A model generated the notes under the pieces. The model made no database searches, had not been told where the DNA came from, and worked only from the letters and a program-made list of their open reading frames with translations. 64,000 nt of DNA, taken from positions 186,001-250,000 of the forward strand of contig DF236955.1 in the NCBI GenBank assembly GCA_000708835.1, in the 5' to 3' direction. Origin of the DNA: Klebsormidium nitens (Eukaryota; Plantae; Klebsormidiophyceae). Below are positions 10,707 to 22,736 of this stretch, piece by piece (position 1 is the stretch's first letter; each line of letters begins with the position of its first letter). The position numbers and the translations under genes are program-made.

Positions 10707-13700
10707 CTAAAGGACAGGCCGGGGGAATGCCGCCCTCCCTCTCGATTCCGTTTGTCGAACACGTCGTTTTTTCAGCGCGGCCCCCTTCGCCACCGCTCCT
10801 TCCTCAACCTTACCTTGAGTGTTTCCCAGAGCTCCGGGTGGAACGGCTGGCCTAATTTGACTGCTACAGAGACCTCTACATAAATTTGGATCTTTTCGAA
10901 TGTCATATTCGGGCACTGCTATATTCAGCAGTTGAGCGAGCCTCCCCATAACGTCCTCGCAGCGGCCATTGATCTTCAGTGCGGCTTTCTTATCCTTCGC
11001 GGTCCACTGCAAGTTGATAATGATCACCGTCTTTGCGAGCCCAGGCAGAGTTGAGGCTGGCGGGACCTGAGCAAAATTCGAGCAAAGTCAGTGTTAGAAA
11101 AGGCTTCGTTCGATTTTGGGGCGCTAATAGTCGTTCGAGCTCTCGACGAAACTGTGTTGAATCTCAGCGAGGTTGCAAGCCGAGCAGAGTTTGATACGAA
11201 ACGAGGGAGCTGCTATTCAGCCTCTTTGCTGACAGACAGCGGTACGCAGGAAGAAACAAACGCCAGCCAAATGCAAGGGGCAGCTTTCAAGCACAGCGTG
11301 ACAAGAGCGTCTAGATTCTGTTGAACTACGTTCGGACTGCCAAGAGGAAAGGCCCATGATAAGTTGAACGACTCTTAGCTGCTTCGGCAAGGAGGGCCCG
11401 GCAACCATTGAGCCATATTGCCTCAGTACCATTCGATATTTCGAATCTTCAAACCGACGGAAAACGAGCTCGACTCAGGAACGCAGCTCGAGCAATCCAG
11501 ATCAAAACTAAACCTGAATGATTCACCTCAGCATCTAACCAAACGGAGTCTTCGCTTCCTCAGTGGAAACAAAATTGATACTCTGTCTCACTTTACAGTT
11601 TAAACTTTGCTCCGAGAACGGGGGAAGCCGTGCAACTCTCACCTTGAGGCTGGTCCCCAGTACAACCGCTACGTCCGCGCCATCAGACGCTTCCCTGGCC
11701 GTCCGCAGCGTGTTCTCGTCCAAACGCTCGCCAAAGTGCACGATAGTGTCCCGCAACTGGGCCCCGCACCGCTGCACCGTTGCACCGTCTTCCTTCCCTT
11801 GGTCACTTTTGTTCTCCTCAACACCGGGCTCTCCTGGACAACAAGCCCAGGGTGTACTTTCTCCCGGTTCGGATTTGCACCCTCGCTCTCGAAGTTCGAA
11901 GTTCCGCTCGTGGCCGTCGGAACCTCCGGCCCCGGTTGCTTCCGATGCCTTCGACTCTACAGAGCAGTCAGCCGCCGTTTCTGCAACCGGCGGCTCGGAC
12001 CCCGTGTCAATGTTCGTTTCAAGTCGACTTGCGAAGCCGTCCTCACAGCGTTGCCCCACCCCCTGTGCCGGCCCCTCCGAGTCTTCTCTCAACCGGGCAC
12101 GTCGATTGTCTCCTTCCTTGCCCCTTGCTTCCTCTTCCTTTTCCCCCCCAGTTCGAACGTAAGAACCACCTCTTCTTTCGTTTTCCGAAGCCCTTAAGCC
12201 CTCCGACGCTGCGCTTACCTGCTCTGCTGACGTGGCTCCCCCCAGCTGCGCCAGCCCATCGCACGTCCGCCCGGTGGAGTGCCGACGGAAGGCGGTGCCG
12301 TTGGCCGCAGTGACGTCATATCCCCGCTGGTAGCTTCGGCCGCAGGAGGGGCAGCGCTCGGTGTAAACGCACCCGTGCAGCTCGGAAAGGCGGTCAGCGG
12401 GAACACCCGCACGCAGCAGCAAGCCGTCAACTGCAAAGAGGAGCAGATATTTATGGTTGTCGTTTAGAAAACTCTCGAAAGAATCGAAGGATCTAATGAA
12501 CTACTGATACGCCAATGGCTGCCGGTCTAAAGGCTGTGCCAAGAATCTTAGAACGATCTGGTCGAAAGAAGATCAACTGCGGTTCATGAGATCACTCTGC
12601 GCTTCATAAGCAGGGCAGACCTTCAATTTAAGGTCACGTTCAGGAAGCTTTGACTGATAAGATGCCGTCCCAGCTCAAGATTTTCAGGACGTAAGAGATG
12701 TTGAGAGACACGAAAGCTCAAGAATGTCCACGTGCAGAAAGAGGTTTCCGTCCGTCAGACGCGTTCTCCCATTACACGAGAAACAGAAGTCCTCAATGTA
12801 GGCCCTCAGACACCATAAAGGAGATTTGAAAGGTCGTCATGAATGTCTCGCTCATTGTTGCAACCTCACACAAGCTTGGGCAGATAAAGTTCTACAACGA
12901 AGATGGTTTCCTTCAAATACGAAGTTGTTCCAAAAGATATGGCCAAGTCAAAGACTTGAGAAAATCACGCCGCTTTGCAAGCAATTGTTGACCTTCCAAA
13001 CAGAAGTTTTGACTTCTCGACATCGAAGTTACCTGGAACCTCGTTCGGGAGAATAGCTTCTGATTCAGGAAGTTGGTGTCATACTCGTACTGAGTTCTAA
13101 ACCTCAAACTTGCGGCCCCGCTCAGTAACTACATCGCTCGTTTGGAAGGCTGACCAACTTCCATATAAGCTGTCTGTCTTCGCGTAGTGATTATCTTTGA
13201 AAATCCTTGCACCTCTTACCTACCGTTCTGGGTCACCACGTGACTGATCAGCTGCCTTCGCACCATCTCGGCAATAATAATATGCGCTTGCGTCGGCCGC
13301 GCTTCCTCGTAGCGCATGTTCATTCCTGCCATCTGTCCCTTCTTTTGCAGCGTCCACACTCCCTGGGGGCCGCGAAAGTCAGGGATGCCCGCAGCCGTGC
13401 TCAGCCCAGCCCCGGTGTGAAAAACGACCCGGTCGCTGCTTTTGATGATGTCAGCAAGCTGGCGGAGCTTTGCCTCAAGGACCTCAGGGGGGTCTTCGAC
13501 CTGGGTGGGAACAAATTAAAGTCGGTTCGACGCTTGGCGAGACTTGACTGTGAATGCTTGTCCAGTTCCAACCGCTGGAGGGTCTCTCAAAGAGGACCCC
13601 CGTGAGAGGATCCCCGGGCGCTGCTTCTGATACACCTTGCGAGATTGAGAGCTTTTTATTCAAAGACATCCAAGTGACCTGAAGTGAGACTGACAAATGT

Positions 13701-14723
13701 TTGTCAGCAGACTGCGACTTGCCCTGTCTAAAAGGGCTATTCAGGCTGCAGAATAGCAACCCCTGTCACTTAAATGCAGCCTGAAACCTTAAAACGATTG
13801 CTCAGGCGACACCACACCTGGTTCCCAACATTTGGTTTCCCTACAACATACATGGACCTTTGCAATTCCAGCGGGGGTAAGCTCTGACGCAGATCCTGCT
13901 AAGCCCGCTTCCACTTGTGAAATAATCAAAAAGTACTCTGTTATCCAGCCTCGATGAAGGCAGCTGGCAGGTGGTGGCCTACACAGGTTGGCGCCCACTG
14001 ACACTTTGAGCTTAGAAATGCCACATTTTGCGACCTCGCTAAGCTTGTGACAATGACTTCTTCTGCCACTATGTCAAGGGCTTACCCGAATTCAAAGTTT
14101 CATGAGAACAAGCAGAGTCCTCTCACCTCTTTCTCACGCTCTGCTTTCATGCGTTTGCGCTGTCTGCTGGCCTCCATTGAGTCCGTAATCTGCAGGAGTG
14201 GATCGAAGTACGTTTAGGCGCAATGTCCAATGCAACCACTAAAGAGGTAGTTGAGGCTCTTGATGAGAACAAGGACACCAAGGGCCTACTATAGGTACTT
14301 CTTTAAGAAAGTTTCATCAGACAAGCGAAACAACCAAGGTGCAGTAGCTTCCTCCTTACAGTAGCTGCATGGCTTTCCGTGCAAGCCATTCCATTTAATT
14401 AGTTCATGAATATCTGCCCTTTGAGCTGCCAACACGAAGTATCAAACATGCATTGCTTTGCGAAAGCCGTGACTACGACGTGCATTTGAAGCTGTCGCCA
14501 AGACTTTGGTAGTAATGTCACTAAAGTGGCACACAAAACTTGGCACCATCGAAGCGCGGACCTGTGCTGCTAAGTCCTTGTGCTGAACTAGCAGGGCCAG
14601 CTGCTCTGCAGTCCTCTGCTCCATGCGCAGAATCTTCTGAAGGGACTGCTCCAGCTGCATTTGTTCTGCGTTCGCAAGCGACTGCGCTCGCCACTTAGCT
14701 TTTCGCTTCTCACGCTCCGACAT
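10707..14723 (-). CDS. SIRT7: NAD-dependent deacetylase, class IV sirtuin of SIRT7 type, 549 aa; exons 14723-14562, 14189-14127, 13500-13224, 12430-11643, 11066-10707
   Basis: Core motifs VFHTGAGLSTAAGIPDFRGPQGVWT, TQNVDGL, SELHG and GTSLK. SIRT7-like segments are RHSTGRTC..CGAQLRDTIVHFGE, NLQWTAKDKKAALKINGRCEDVM and a basic helical N-terminus joining as EREKE|VEDPPEVL. Exons sum to 1650 nt in frame. Confidence 0.88.
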
Positions 14724-14925
14724 GGCTTGGATTCCAACAGGCTTGTACCGCTCAATTGACTCATAAATTCAGCTCTCTTCCTCACCCTTGGACATGAGGC
14801 CAAGCTGCCGCTTGCTATGCTCAGGTCAGCACTGACAGCAGCCTGAGCAGGTGGCCATGCATGATGCAGCGCCATGTTGACAAGGCGGCGCTTTGTTCCA
14901 GACGATTCAAATCTTAGCCAGCTAG

Positions 14926-14943
14926 CTAAAACCCTAAAACCCT
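14926..14943 (-). repeat. Two telomere-type TTTTAGGG units (telo-box-like) in the putative sirtuin 5' leader
   Basis: The minus strand reads AGGGTTTTAGGGTTTTAG, beginning at a ctgcag acceptor-like site. Confidence 0.55.
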
Positions 14944-16219
14944 GCAGCAGGGGGACCAAACACCACTGAAACAGAGCGAACCATGATCCGCACCGTCAGA
15001 TGAAGAAATTCCCGATCTCAATCAGACATCTGGACGGTCTAGATTGCATAGTGCGGATGTCCGGAGCCCGATGCGGTCCTCGGTTAGTCTGAGGAAAGGG
15101 TTAAGACAAGTGTTAGAGGTGGGTTGATAGTTTGTTGGCTGGTTAACCCGCCTAAACCTGCCCCCAATTCCTCCTAAACGGCGCGTTGCCCGGACCCCAA
15201 ACTCTGGGTTTTGAAAGGTGACCCTGTGGAGGTTCAATCCCAACCATTTTCAGTTCCGGGCAATTCGCCGTTTAGCTGCTGGCACATGGTTCATGTTGCC
15301 AACTTTCTTACCCGTTGTTTGGTCCCCCTGCCCTGCAGCCTAGGTACATTGACTGGTACCGGCGCATTCGTTTAATTTTGATGTAAGGTACATGTATTAA
15401 CATGATATTTGATGAAAGTATCACCGGGCATTACTGCCTCTTGCCGCCGGAGCGCCACGCCGGTTCTTCAGTGGCCGGAACAATGCAAGACCCAGGAAGA
15501 CCACGTGCCAGCTGGCTAGCGCTGGAGTCCATGGACGAATTAGGTACCCGCAGTGACCGGTGAAACATGACGATATGGACCGTTCAGCAAGCCGGTAATA
15601 GATCCAGTCCTCGGGGAACTCGGAAAGGCGGGGAAAGTTCGTGGCCGTGCGCGGGACGTGTCTGCGCGGCCGCCGGGCTCGCGACATAGCAGATTGAACA
15701 TGCAAAGGTTCCAATCTGGTATTGGAAAGTGAATAGGGGCTACTGTCAGTCTAAGCTGATTCGCCTCCGGCGGCCCGCGGGCGCTGACTTACCGGTATAT
15801 GCACTAAGAATAGTGATTGCAGCGGCCATATATATAGGTAAGGGTCGACCGCCTTGCATGCCTATCAAGGTTATTGCCAGCACATAGAGTACTTTAAGTG
15901 CGCAGCGGAACGATGATCGGATCGAATAGGCCCATCATGGAGTGCAACTTAAATCTGCACGTCACAGCGTTGGTGGACGCTGGAATCTGACGCAGACTTG
16001 CATATGCGCTTGTACCTCCATGCACTCAACATTCGACTCCAGAGTAAAGTGAACGTCTAGGCATTTTGAAGTAGGAGATGGGTTGCGAGGGAGTCCGGAG
16101 GCAAACGTGCAACATGCAGTGCAACTTTTGTGCCACTAGGACATGCCAGTCGGCACTTCAGACACGGAATTGACAAGAACACTGCAACCCTTCGCATCAA
16201 CAAGAGCGTTCATTATCTC

Positions 16220-19200
16220 TCATCCCTTCTCGCCTCCTCCTCCCCTATCTTTCTCATCATTTCTATCTGTATCGTCGGCTGAACCGCTGTACGACCGCCG
16301 TTGCCGTCCCTTTCGACTCTGGTCCCGCCTCTGCTCCTTTCTATGCCGCTTCAGCTTTCGATCCATCTCTTGCTCCCCGAAATTTCCTTCTCCGGTGGCT
16401 TCTTCGCGCGACTTTCTGTGTCTTCGCACCTTTCCGTTATCCTCGTCGGACTCCCTCTGACCATCTCCCTTCCAATCACTTCCGCTCCGTTCCCTCCGCC
16501 GCCTCTCTTCCCTCCGTTTCCGTCTCCGCCGTTTCCGTTCCGCTTCACTCTCATCAGAGCCGCTTTCAGGACCCACGTTTTCGCTCCGATGTCTCTTTCT
16601 CCGACTGCCGCCCTCCCTTCTTTCTCTCTTCTTCTCCCTCCGTTTCCGCCTCCTCTCATCTTCCGAACTCTCATCTTCGCTTTCCTTTCCGTTCCGCTCG
16701 TTCCGTCTCCATCGTCCCGAACCCCCCGTCTCTAAACCATCCTTGCGTTCTCCCTCCCGTCTCCTGTCTGGTGGTAAAGGCCCCATCACAGGCCTCATTT
16801 GCTCCTCGCTCTGTTCTGCGGTTTTTTGAACGACTGCTTCCTGGCCCAGTCCAGGCTCTTGAGTATCGTTCCGTTCCGTTTGCCGACCACTTCTTGTTGC
16901 GTCTTCACTTTCCTTGCCTTCAAAAGTTTCCGCCCAGAGATCCACGCCCCCGTGCGCTTCCTCTTGAGCAGCGATCCCGCCCCTCTTCTCGTCCTCTTCC
17001 CGCAGCCCTGCTTCGACGCCCCCGCGCGTTCCGTTTCCACTCTGAACCGTTCCGTTCCTTTCCGCCACGCCCGGCTCAGCCGCCATCTTCGCGGCCCCTT
17101 TGGCATCCTCGCTAATGGCATCCAGACCCCCATCGTTAGACTTGTTCCCAGCTTCTTCCTTCTTAGCTTTTTTGACACCCTCCTTAACCCCGCCAGTAAC
17201 TTCCACCGGCTGCTGCCCTTCCCCGACTTCCTCCTCAAAGCTTAACAGCCCCGTCACCCTCATTTTAACCCCTGCCTCCGAACCCCTGTTTAATTCTGCT
17301 CCTTCGGCGTTGTTCCGCTCCTTCTTCGGGCGGAACAGCACTGGCGCCTTCCGTTCCGGCTGCGCGACCACGGGCGGAACAGGCAGCTCCACCCCAAACT
17401 GCGCGAGAAACTCCGAAGCCGCGTGCCGGTTGAGCGCTGCCGTCGCTGCCTCGGCAGCCTTCTCCCCTGGCCGACCCAAAACCTCCAACCCCCCTGGTGC
17501 CTCTTCTTCGTCCTCCGAGTCTGAAAAGATCGCCTTGAACAGGTCAATCGGCTTGTCGATCCCCGAAACCAGGGGTTCCGCTTCAAACTCCACGTCGGGT
17601 TCTTTCTCAGGCACATAAATTTCGGCTGTCTCCCCCGCTTGCAGCTTTGGGGGGGGTGGCAGCGCCAGCCGTTCGGACCCCCCCGGAGCAAGCTCCGGAT
17701 TTATGTCCTGCCCAAACTGCGGCATCAGCAGCGCGAGCGAGTCCGTCTTGCTTTTTGGTTTCGCAGGCGCCGCAGCTTTACCCTCGTAAGGGTCTAAGAT
17801 GTTGAAGCGCCGGCAGAGCAACGGCGCGGGCCGCCACTCTTCAACCTCCCTCCTTGGGAACTTTTTAGCGACCGCCGCCGCTGCGCTAGACTGCATCGCA
17901 GCTACAATGTCCATAATGGAACCCCTAGAGGTTTCCGGTGTGTCCCCCGCTGGGGCAAAGCGGTCCCCCAGAAATGCAAGGGCGGGGTGAACCGGGGGCG
18001 GAGGCGAGGGGGCGGGTTTGAGTCCCTGGTTAGCCAACTGGGCCGTCGTCTCGAACTCTTCCTTCTCCCGCAGCCGCTCCTCTTCGGTCAATCCGTCGTT
18101 TCGGCCCGGCCTTCGCAGGCCCCCAACGGAACGCTCCTGCAGGAACGTTTCGTACCGCGCCTGCTTCGCGGGATCAGCTGCAAAGGGCTTAACCGTTTCG
18201 CGGTTATCATAACCCATGTCCTGGGCCGCTCCCTTGGTGAACGTGCTCGCTAGCGCCCCCTGTAACCGGGCCCTGTCCTCTGGCGCAATCATATCCATGA
18301 CAGACTTCGGCCCGCTTAAAGCTTCCCCGTTCGAGCCCGCCTTCTGGTCTGTCCCGGAAACCGACTTGGCGTCCTCGCTCCTCGGCAGCGGCGCCTCACC
18401 AAGCAAACGCCCCCGCTCTTCTGCTGTCATCCTCGAGGCCTTGTCCCGCCCGCTTTTGCCCGCGAACTCTGCTGGTTTTCTGAAACCCCCTCGGTCGACA
18501 GGGCCTGGCTCTTCGACCTTGGAGCTCCCCTCCGGAAGCTTCAAGCCCCGTTCTCTAATCAACTCACTCTTCTTCCACGCATAATACTCCTTTCCTGGGC
18601 CCCCGAACAAGAACCCGAACTCCGGACTGCCCTTGTTCCTTTCCCTCGCTATCTCCTCCAACTTCTCCCCCGAGTTCGCCACAAACGCCGCCAGCGTTTC
18701 GATCCTCTTTTGCAGCTCCTCATCATCCGGGGGGGCCACTTCCTTCGCCTTTGCTACCCCCCGACTCCCCAGCCCCTCAGACACGAACACGTGTCTCGGT
18801 ACAAACCCTTTTGGAACCACTGGTGGCGCAAACCACTCTTGAACCTCAACACCTTCCCCCGACCCGAGTCTGAACCCCGGCAGGGTATCCCGCGGCCCTG
18901 GTTTAAACCCGAGCTTCGCACTGAGGTCCTTTTCGGAAGCTTTAGCCTTCCCTTCAGCCTGCTTCTCCTGCTCATCCTCGTCTAAAAGTTCCTGGTCCAT
19001 TGGAAGCTCCGTCGCATACACGTCCTCGTCCTCCTCCCCCACCTCCTCCAAAGCGCCCACCCCGAACCCCGCGCCCACCTTGCCGGCCTGCGGTCGAAAC
19101 AGGTTTCCCCCTTTCCCCACACCTTTTGACCCCTCGGTCTTCGCCCGTTTTGCCGCCCGAAACTCGGGCGCACCCTTGAGTGGATCGAAGCCCAGCCCGT

Positions 19201-20988
19201 AGAAGTCCTTCTTCGGTTGCAGGACGAAGATGGGGGTCGTCTTCGGAACTTCTGCCGCGTCTGATTCTTCTTCTGGGGGTTCTGCTGGTTCTTCGTCCAG
19301 GCCGGGGGGCACCTCAGCGCCGTATGACTGCGCTAGGGCGATCATTGCTCGGCGGGCCTCCCGGCGTTTCTCTGCACAAGAATAAGGGAATTGAGTCAGG
19401 GCCCTCGAACTGGAAAGAAAACCCATTCGAGTTCTAGCCTTGCTCGATTCTGCAGCTTGTTTTGGACTTCAACTCCTGCACCAGGGGCAGATGGGACTGA
19501 GAGGGAAAAGCAATCCAATTCTCAAGGCTCATGCCAGAGTCACAACTTGGACTCCCGTTTCTCAGGAGCCCCAAGTTGCAGATGTCCCTTGGAACCAATC
19601 TGAACACAACAGCATGCTTCGCCTGTGCGAGAATCTCCATAACGATGAACGCTCAGGGTTTACTAAAGCCTGGTTGTCCTTCCTTACAATAATCCAAGCC
19701 AAATCACGCATTACCCGCATATCAGGCCCGTTAAGTATAAACCACCACCATACCCCGACTTTCTCCATCTACGCACCTGCTGCCGCCACCTCGTGCTTGG
19801 GCCCAACGCCCTTCCCCGGCCGCCACCCCATCTTCTTGAGCAGCTTCACGCCCATTGACTCAGCGGACGGAACGATGAGCTCGTCCGGAATAGGTCCAGG
19901 AATGGCGCTCGAACGATTTGGAGTTTCGCTTTCTGCCTGCCGCCGTGCGAGATCCGTGGCGGTGCCACCAAAGGTGTCAAAATCGGCTGACGCGGCGAGG
20001 GCCTGAGATCGGAGGGCCTCCTTCTCGTCCTCGTCCATGTAGTCCTCAGCGGCCTGTTTGCACAAGAAAGGAAAGCGCTATAATCAGTGCTGGTGCTACA
20101 TGTTCATGTTTGTCTGCTTTCATTGCTTTGTGGCTGGAGTTATTGACCTGGGACTCTTACGCCGCAGGTAAGAGAGGCTTGCAACACACATTGAGAGGGA
20201 GCCATTTCACAAGAGGAGTTGGGAGCCTTGTTCAACATGCCTCCCGGACTACGTAAGGGACGCCAGGTGCGTGATACTTTACTTTCAAGAAATTCTTTGA
20301 TTTAGAAAACCCAGTGATCGACACCCAATGGCAACAATGTCCCCTCAATTCTAAGGAAGGTGCTGAATGGAAAGACGCAGCAATTGGTACCACTTCATGG
20401 AATTTGTACAAGAATGCCTCTGTTGCATACCACATTGCCAAAATTCCAAAAAAATGGAACAAAGCAATGGGGTCGCAGATTCCACACAGAATCAGGCATG
20501 CACAACAAGGATTCCTCCAGAATTCCACCTCATAGGTCACAGATTCACAAAATTCAAATGCCCACTATCCATTTTTGTTGTGCCTGTGATGATCAAACCT
20601 CTCCTTCCAAACAGAGGACTGAAGCTGAAGTATGCCAATGCCACCATTGAACAACTATTAGATCCAGCCTTGATTGCAACATGGCCAAGGGCCAAGCCCT
20701 CACCTGCGCTTTTTTCTCTGCCCGCTGGTTCCTGCTCGAGACAAACTGCGCCGGGGCCCAGCCTTCCTTCGACCCCACCGTGTTGTAGAAACCCGCTGAG
20801 AAACCGCCTGTGAAAGCTCCATGGAACCTTTTCCTTCCTTGCTCATCAGTGACCTCCTGCTTCCACACCGGCAGCGTTTTGAGCTGGCCCGCCTTCTCAG
20901 CGGCCTGGCGCTGGCGGGGTTTGAGGTCCTCCGGCTCCGGCAGGGGCGTGCCGAAGAAAAAGTAGTCCTCGTCCTCATCGTCCGCCAT
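16220..20988 (-). CDS. TGH: G-patch/SWAP protein TOUGH (GPATCH1 orthologue), 1237 aa; exons 20988-20704, 20053-19777, 19371-16220
   Basis: N-terminal [25 protein letters not shown]-patch [21 protein letters not shown]/Surp [49 protein letters not shown] and an Arg/Glu-rich tail. Exons sum to 3714 nt in frame. Confidence 0.95.
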
Positions 20989-22736
20989 CTTCTCTCCACA
21001 CTATGTAACCTTCTACTTACTCATCAGAGTTATGGGGACTTTCGCTCCCTCTCCTCTCCTGTGGAGATTATCAGGCGCTCATCAACTAATTTGCACAGCT
21101 TGCTCAGCCAAATTCCACTCTGGCTGAGCAGATCATGGCGTCGAGCTGGGCCGGGCGGGCGGACCGCGGCCGCCTAGCACCACGGTCGCGCCCGCGCGGC
21201 ATGGTTAGTAGAATCGGTAGTACTAACTAGCATTGGTTGTCGTTTTTCACGCGCACGCGCGCGGCTGAGGCAAGCGCTTGGCCAACCAATCCAAGCGGGC
21301 ACTGCAATCCGAGCCTCTGGGCCACTCCAAGCTCATCGTGTGACGGGATTCCGGGCGAGCTCAAATCGGACGACCGGCTGTCGTGCGGGTTTACATTCGC
21401 AGTTGACAGCACTTACCGCAGCTGCAGCACATTTAAGCTTGCGCATCTGGTTTGAAGAAGAGACGGCGGTACCGCGCCGCTCGCGGACAGTACCGGTCCT
21501 GGAAGTGGCTGAGATCGATCAAAAATAAAAATATGTCTCACTTCGGCTCAATGAACGCGCTTCCACTTGCAACCGTCTTAATCATCATATAGCCTTGCAT
21601 TCTCTGAGCCTGACCAGTCGTTTGTTTGTTCGAGTTACCTGACGACACTAAGGAAAGGCTTAGTACAGATAGTACAGGAAAGTTCAACTTATTGTACAAG
21701 GAGCCATTCGCTGAAGCTTTGTGCACGTCGTTCACAAGCAAAGACGTCTCATTTTAGGATTATTTCTAGTTTGAGGTAACAGATTGCAGGACTTGTAGGG
21801 TAGTAATCGTACTCAACATCGAGGCAACATCGGCCCTCATATTATAGTCGATCACCAAGTTTTCATCTTGTGCATGTTCGCTGAGCATTCCAAGATTCAC
21901 AATCCGATGCCATGACCTCGCAATGGCATGCACAAGATTAAAGGATCGTTTCTTGACATTGTCCTAGCTGATATTGCAGAGTCGCATATTGCTTCATGGA
22001 TTCCTGCAATGGAGTTGCATTTCTGTAGAGCTGGCCTTTTTACAAACGCCAGAACGCTTTGAAGTCCTTGGAGGCTGTTCTTACTCAACATTCAAATGCG
22101 TGCCGAAATAGCACGCCTTACTTCGTGTATCTCGAATGTTCGACTTATTCAGATTTGACTTTCAAAGTGGCGGGTTCAGAGTCCGTTGCATATGTCTTCA
22201 ACCAATTCATGCATTTGAGCACACTGGCCGTCACGATTTCCAACCCGTGATCAGGCACCGCCTTGAGAACGAGTACTGTTGCTTAGTTGATTCGCAAGAT
22301 AGACAGCAACGACATATGGTTTCTTGGGATGCGCCGCGCCTCGAGCATCTATCATGTAAATGTCGGAATGTTACAGGGAACGCATACCACTGGTAGATCA
22401 ACATCTTTCCACTACACCTTCTGGACCAGACCGGCGTCCTATCCTTCTGATTGCATAACCAATCTTTGATCAAGCCTGCCGTCCTCGAAAGGCCTTCCAT
22501 TGGCGAATAAGCGCCCAGAGAGACGCCTCAAAGTACTTCTGTTACACATTACTAGCGGCAGCCTGGCCGCCCCTCCAAGGCCTCATTATCTTCCTATTCC
22601 TACCACGAGACTGTCCTATGACAGTGTACAAAGATATCTGAACCCCACACCCAAGTTGCAGATGAACCAAGACAAGCAACAGTTTTGTACAGAAGCAAGT
22701 TCAATCGGCGAGAACGGAAAGCCGGCCTTTCTGCTT

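Noticed and set aside
13501-13678. Alternative sirtuin start MSLNKKLS.. at 13669, superficially like SRT1 MSLGYAEKLS
   Set aside because: There is no convincing donor to join it to 13500, and the upstream exons give a better SIRT7-like, in-phase model. It cannot be fully excluded as an alternative exon.
14769-14795. uORF begins MSKGEE, like GFP
   Set aside because: It stops after 8 codons and no further GFP sequence follows; coincidence rather than vector contamination.
15690-15727. Two mutually exclusive small hairpins (CAGATTG/CAATCTG and TTCCAAT/ATTGGAA)
   Set aside because: The 7-bp stems are within chance expectation and there is no evidence the region is transcribed.
15342-16017. AGGTACA...TGTACCT inverted ends around the spacer (possible MITE)
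   Set aside because: Only 7 bp, no target-site duplication, and no second copy in the window.
16301-18985. Many plus-strand ORFs antisense to TGH exon 3, and similar shadows over other exons
   Set aside because: They are by-products of GC-rich, low-complexity coding sequence on the other strand, with no independent motifs or splice support.
22031-22052. CTGGC-CTTTTTACAAAC-GCCAG hairpin resembling U5 snRNA loop 1
   Set aside because: The loop differs from GCCUUUUAC, and I found no Sm site, remaining U5 structure or snRNA promoter.
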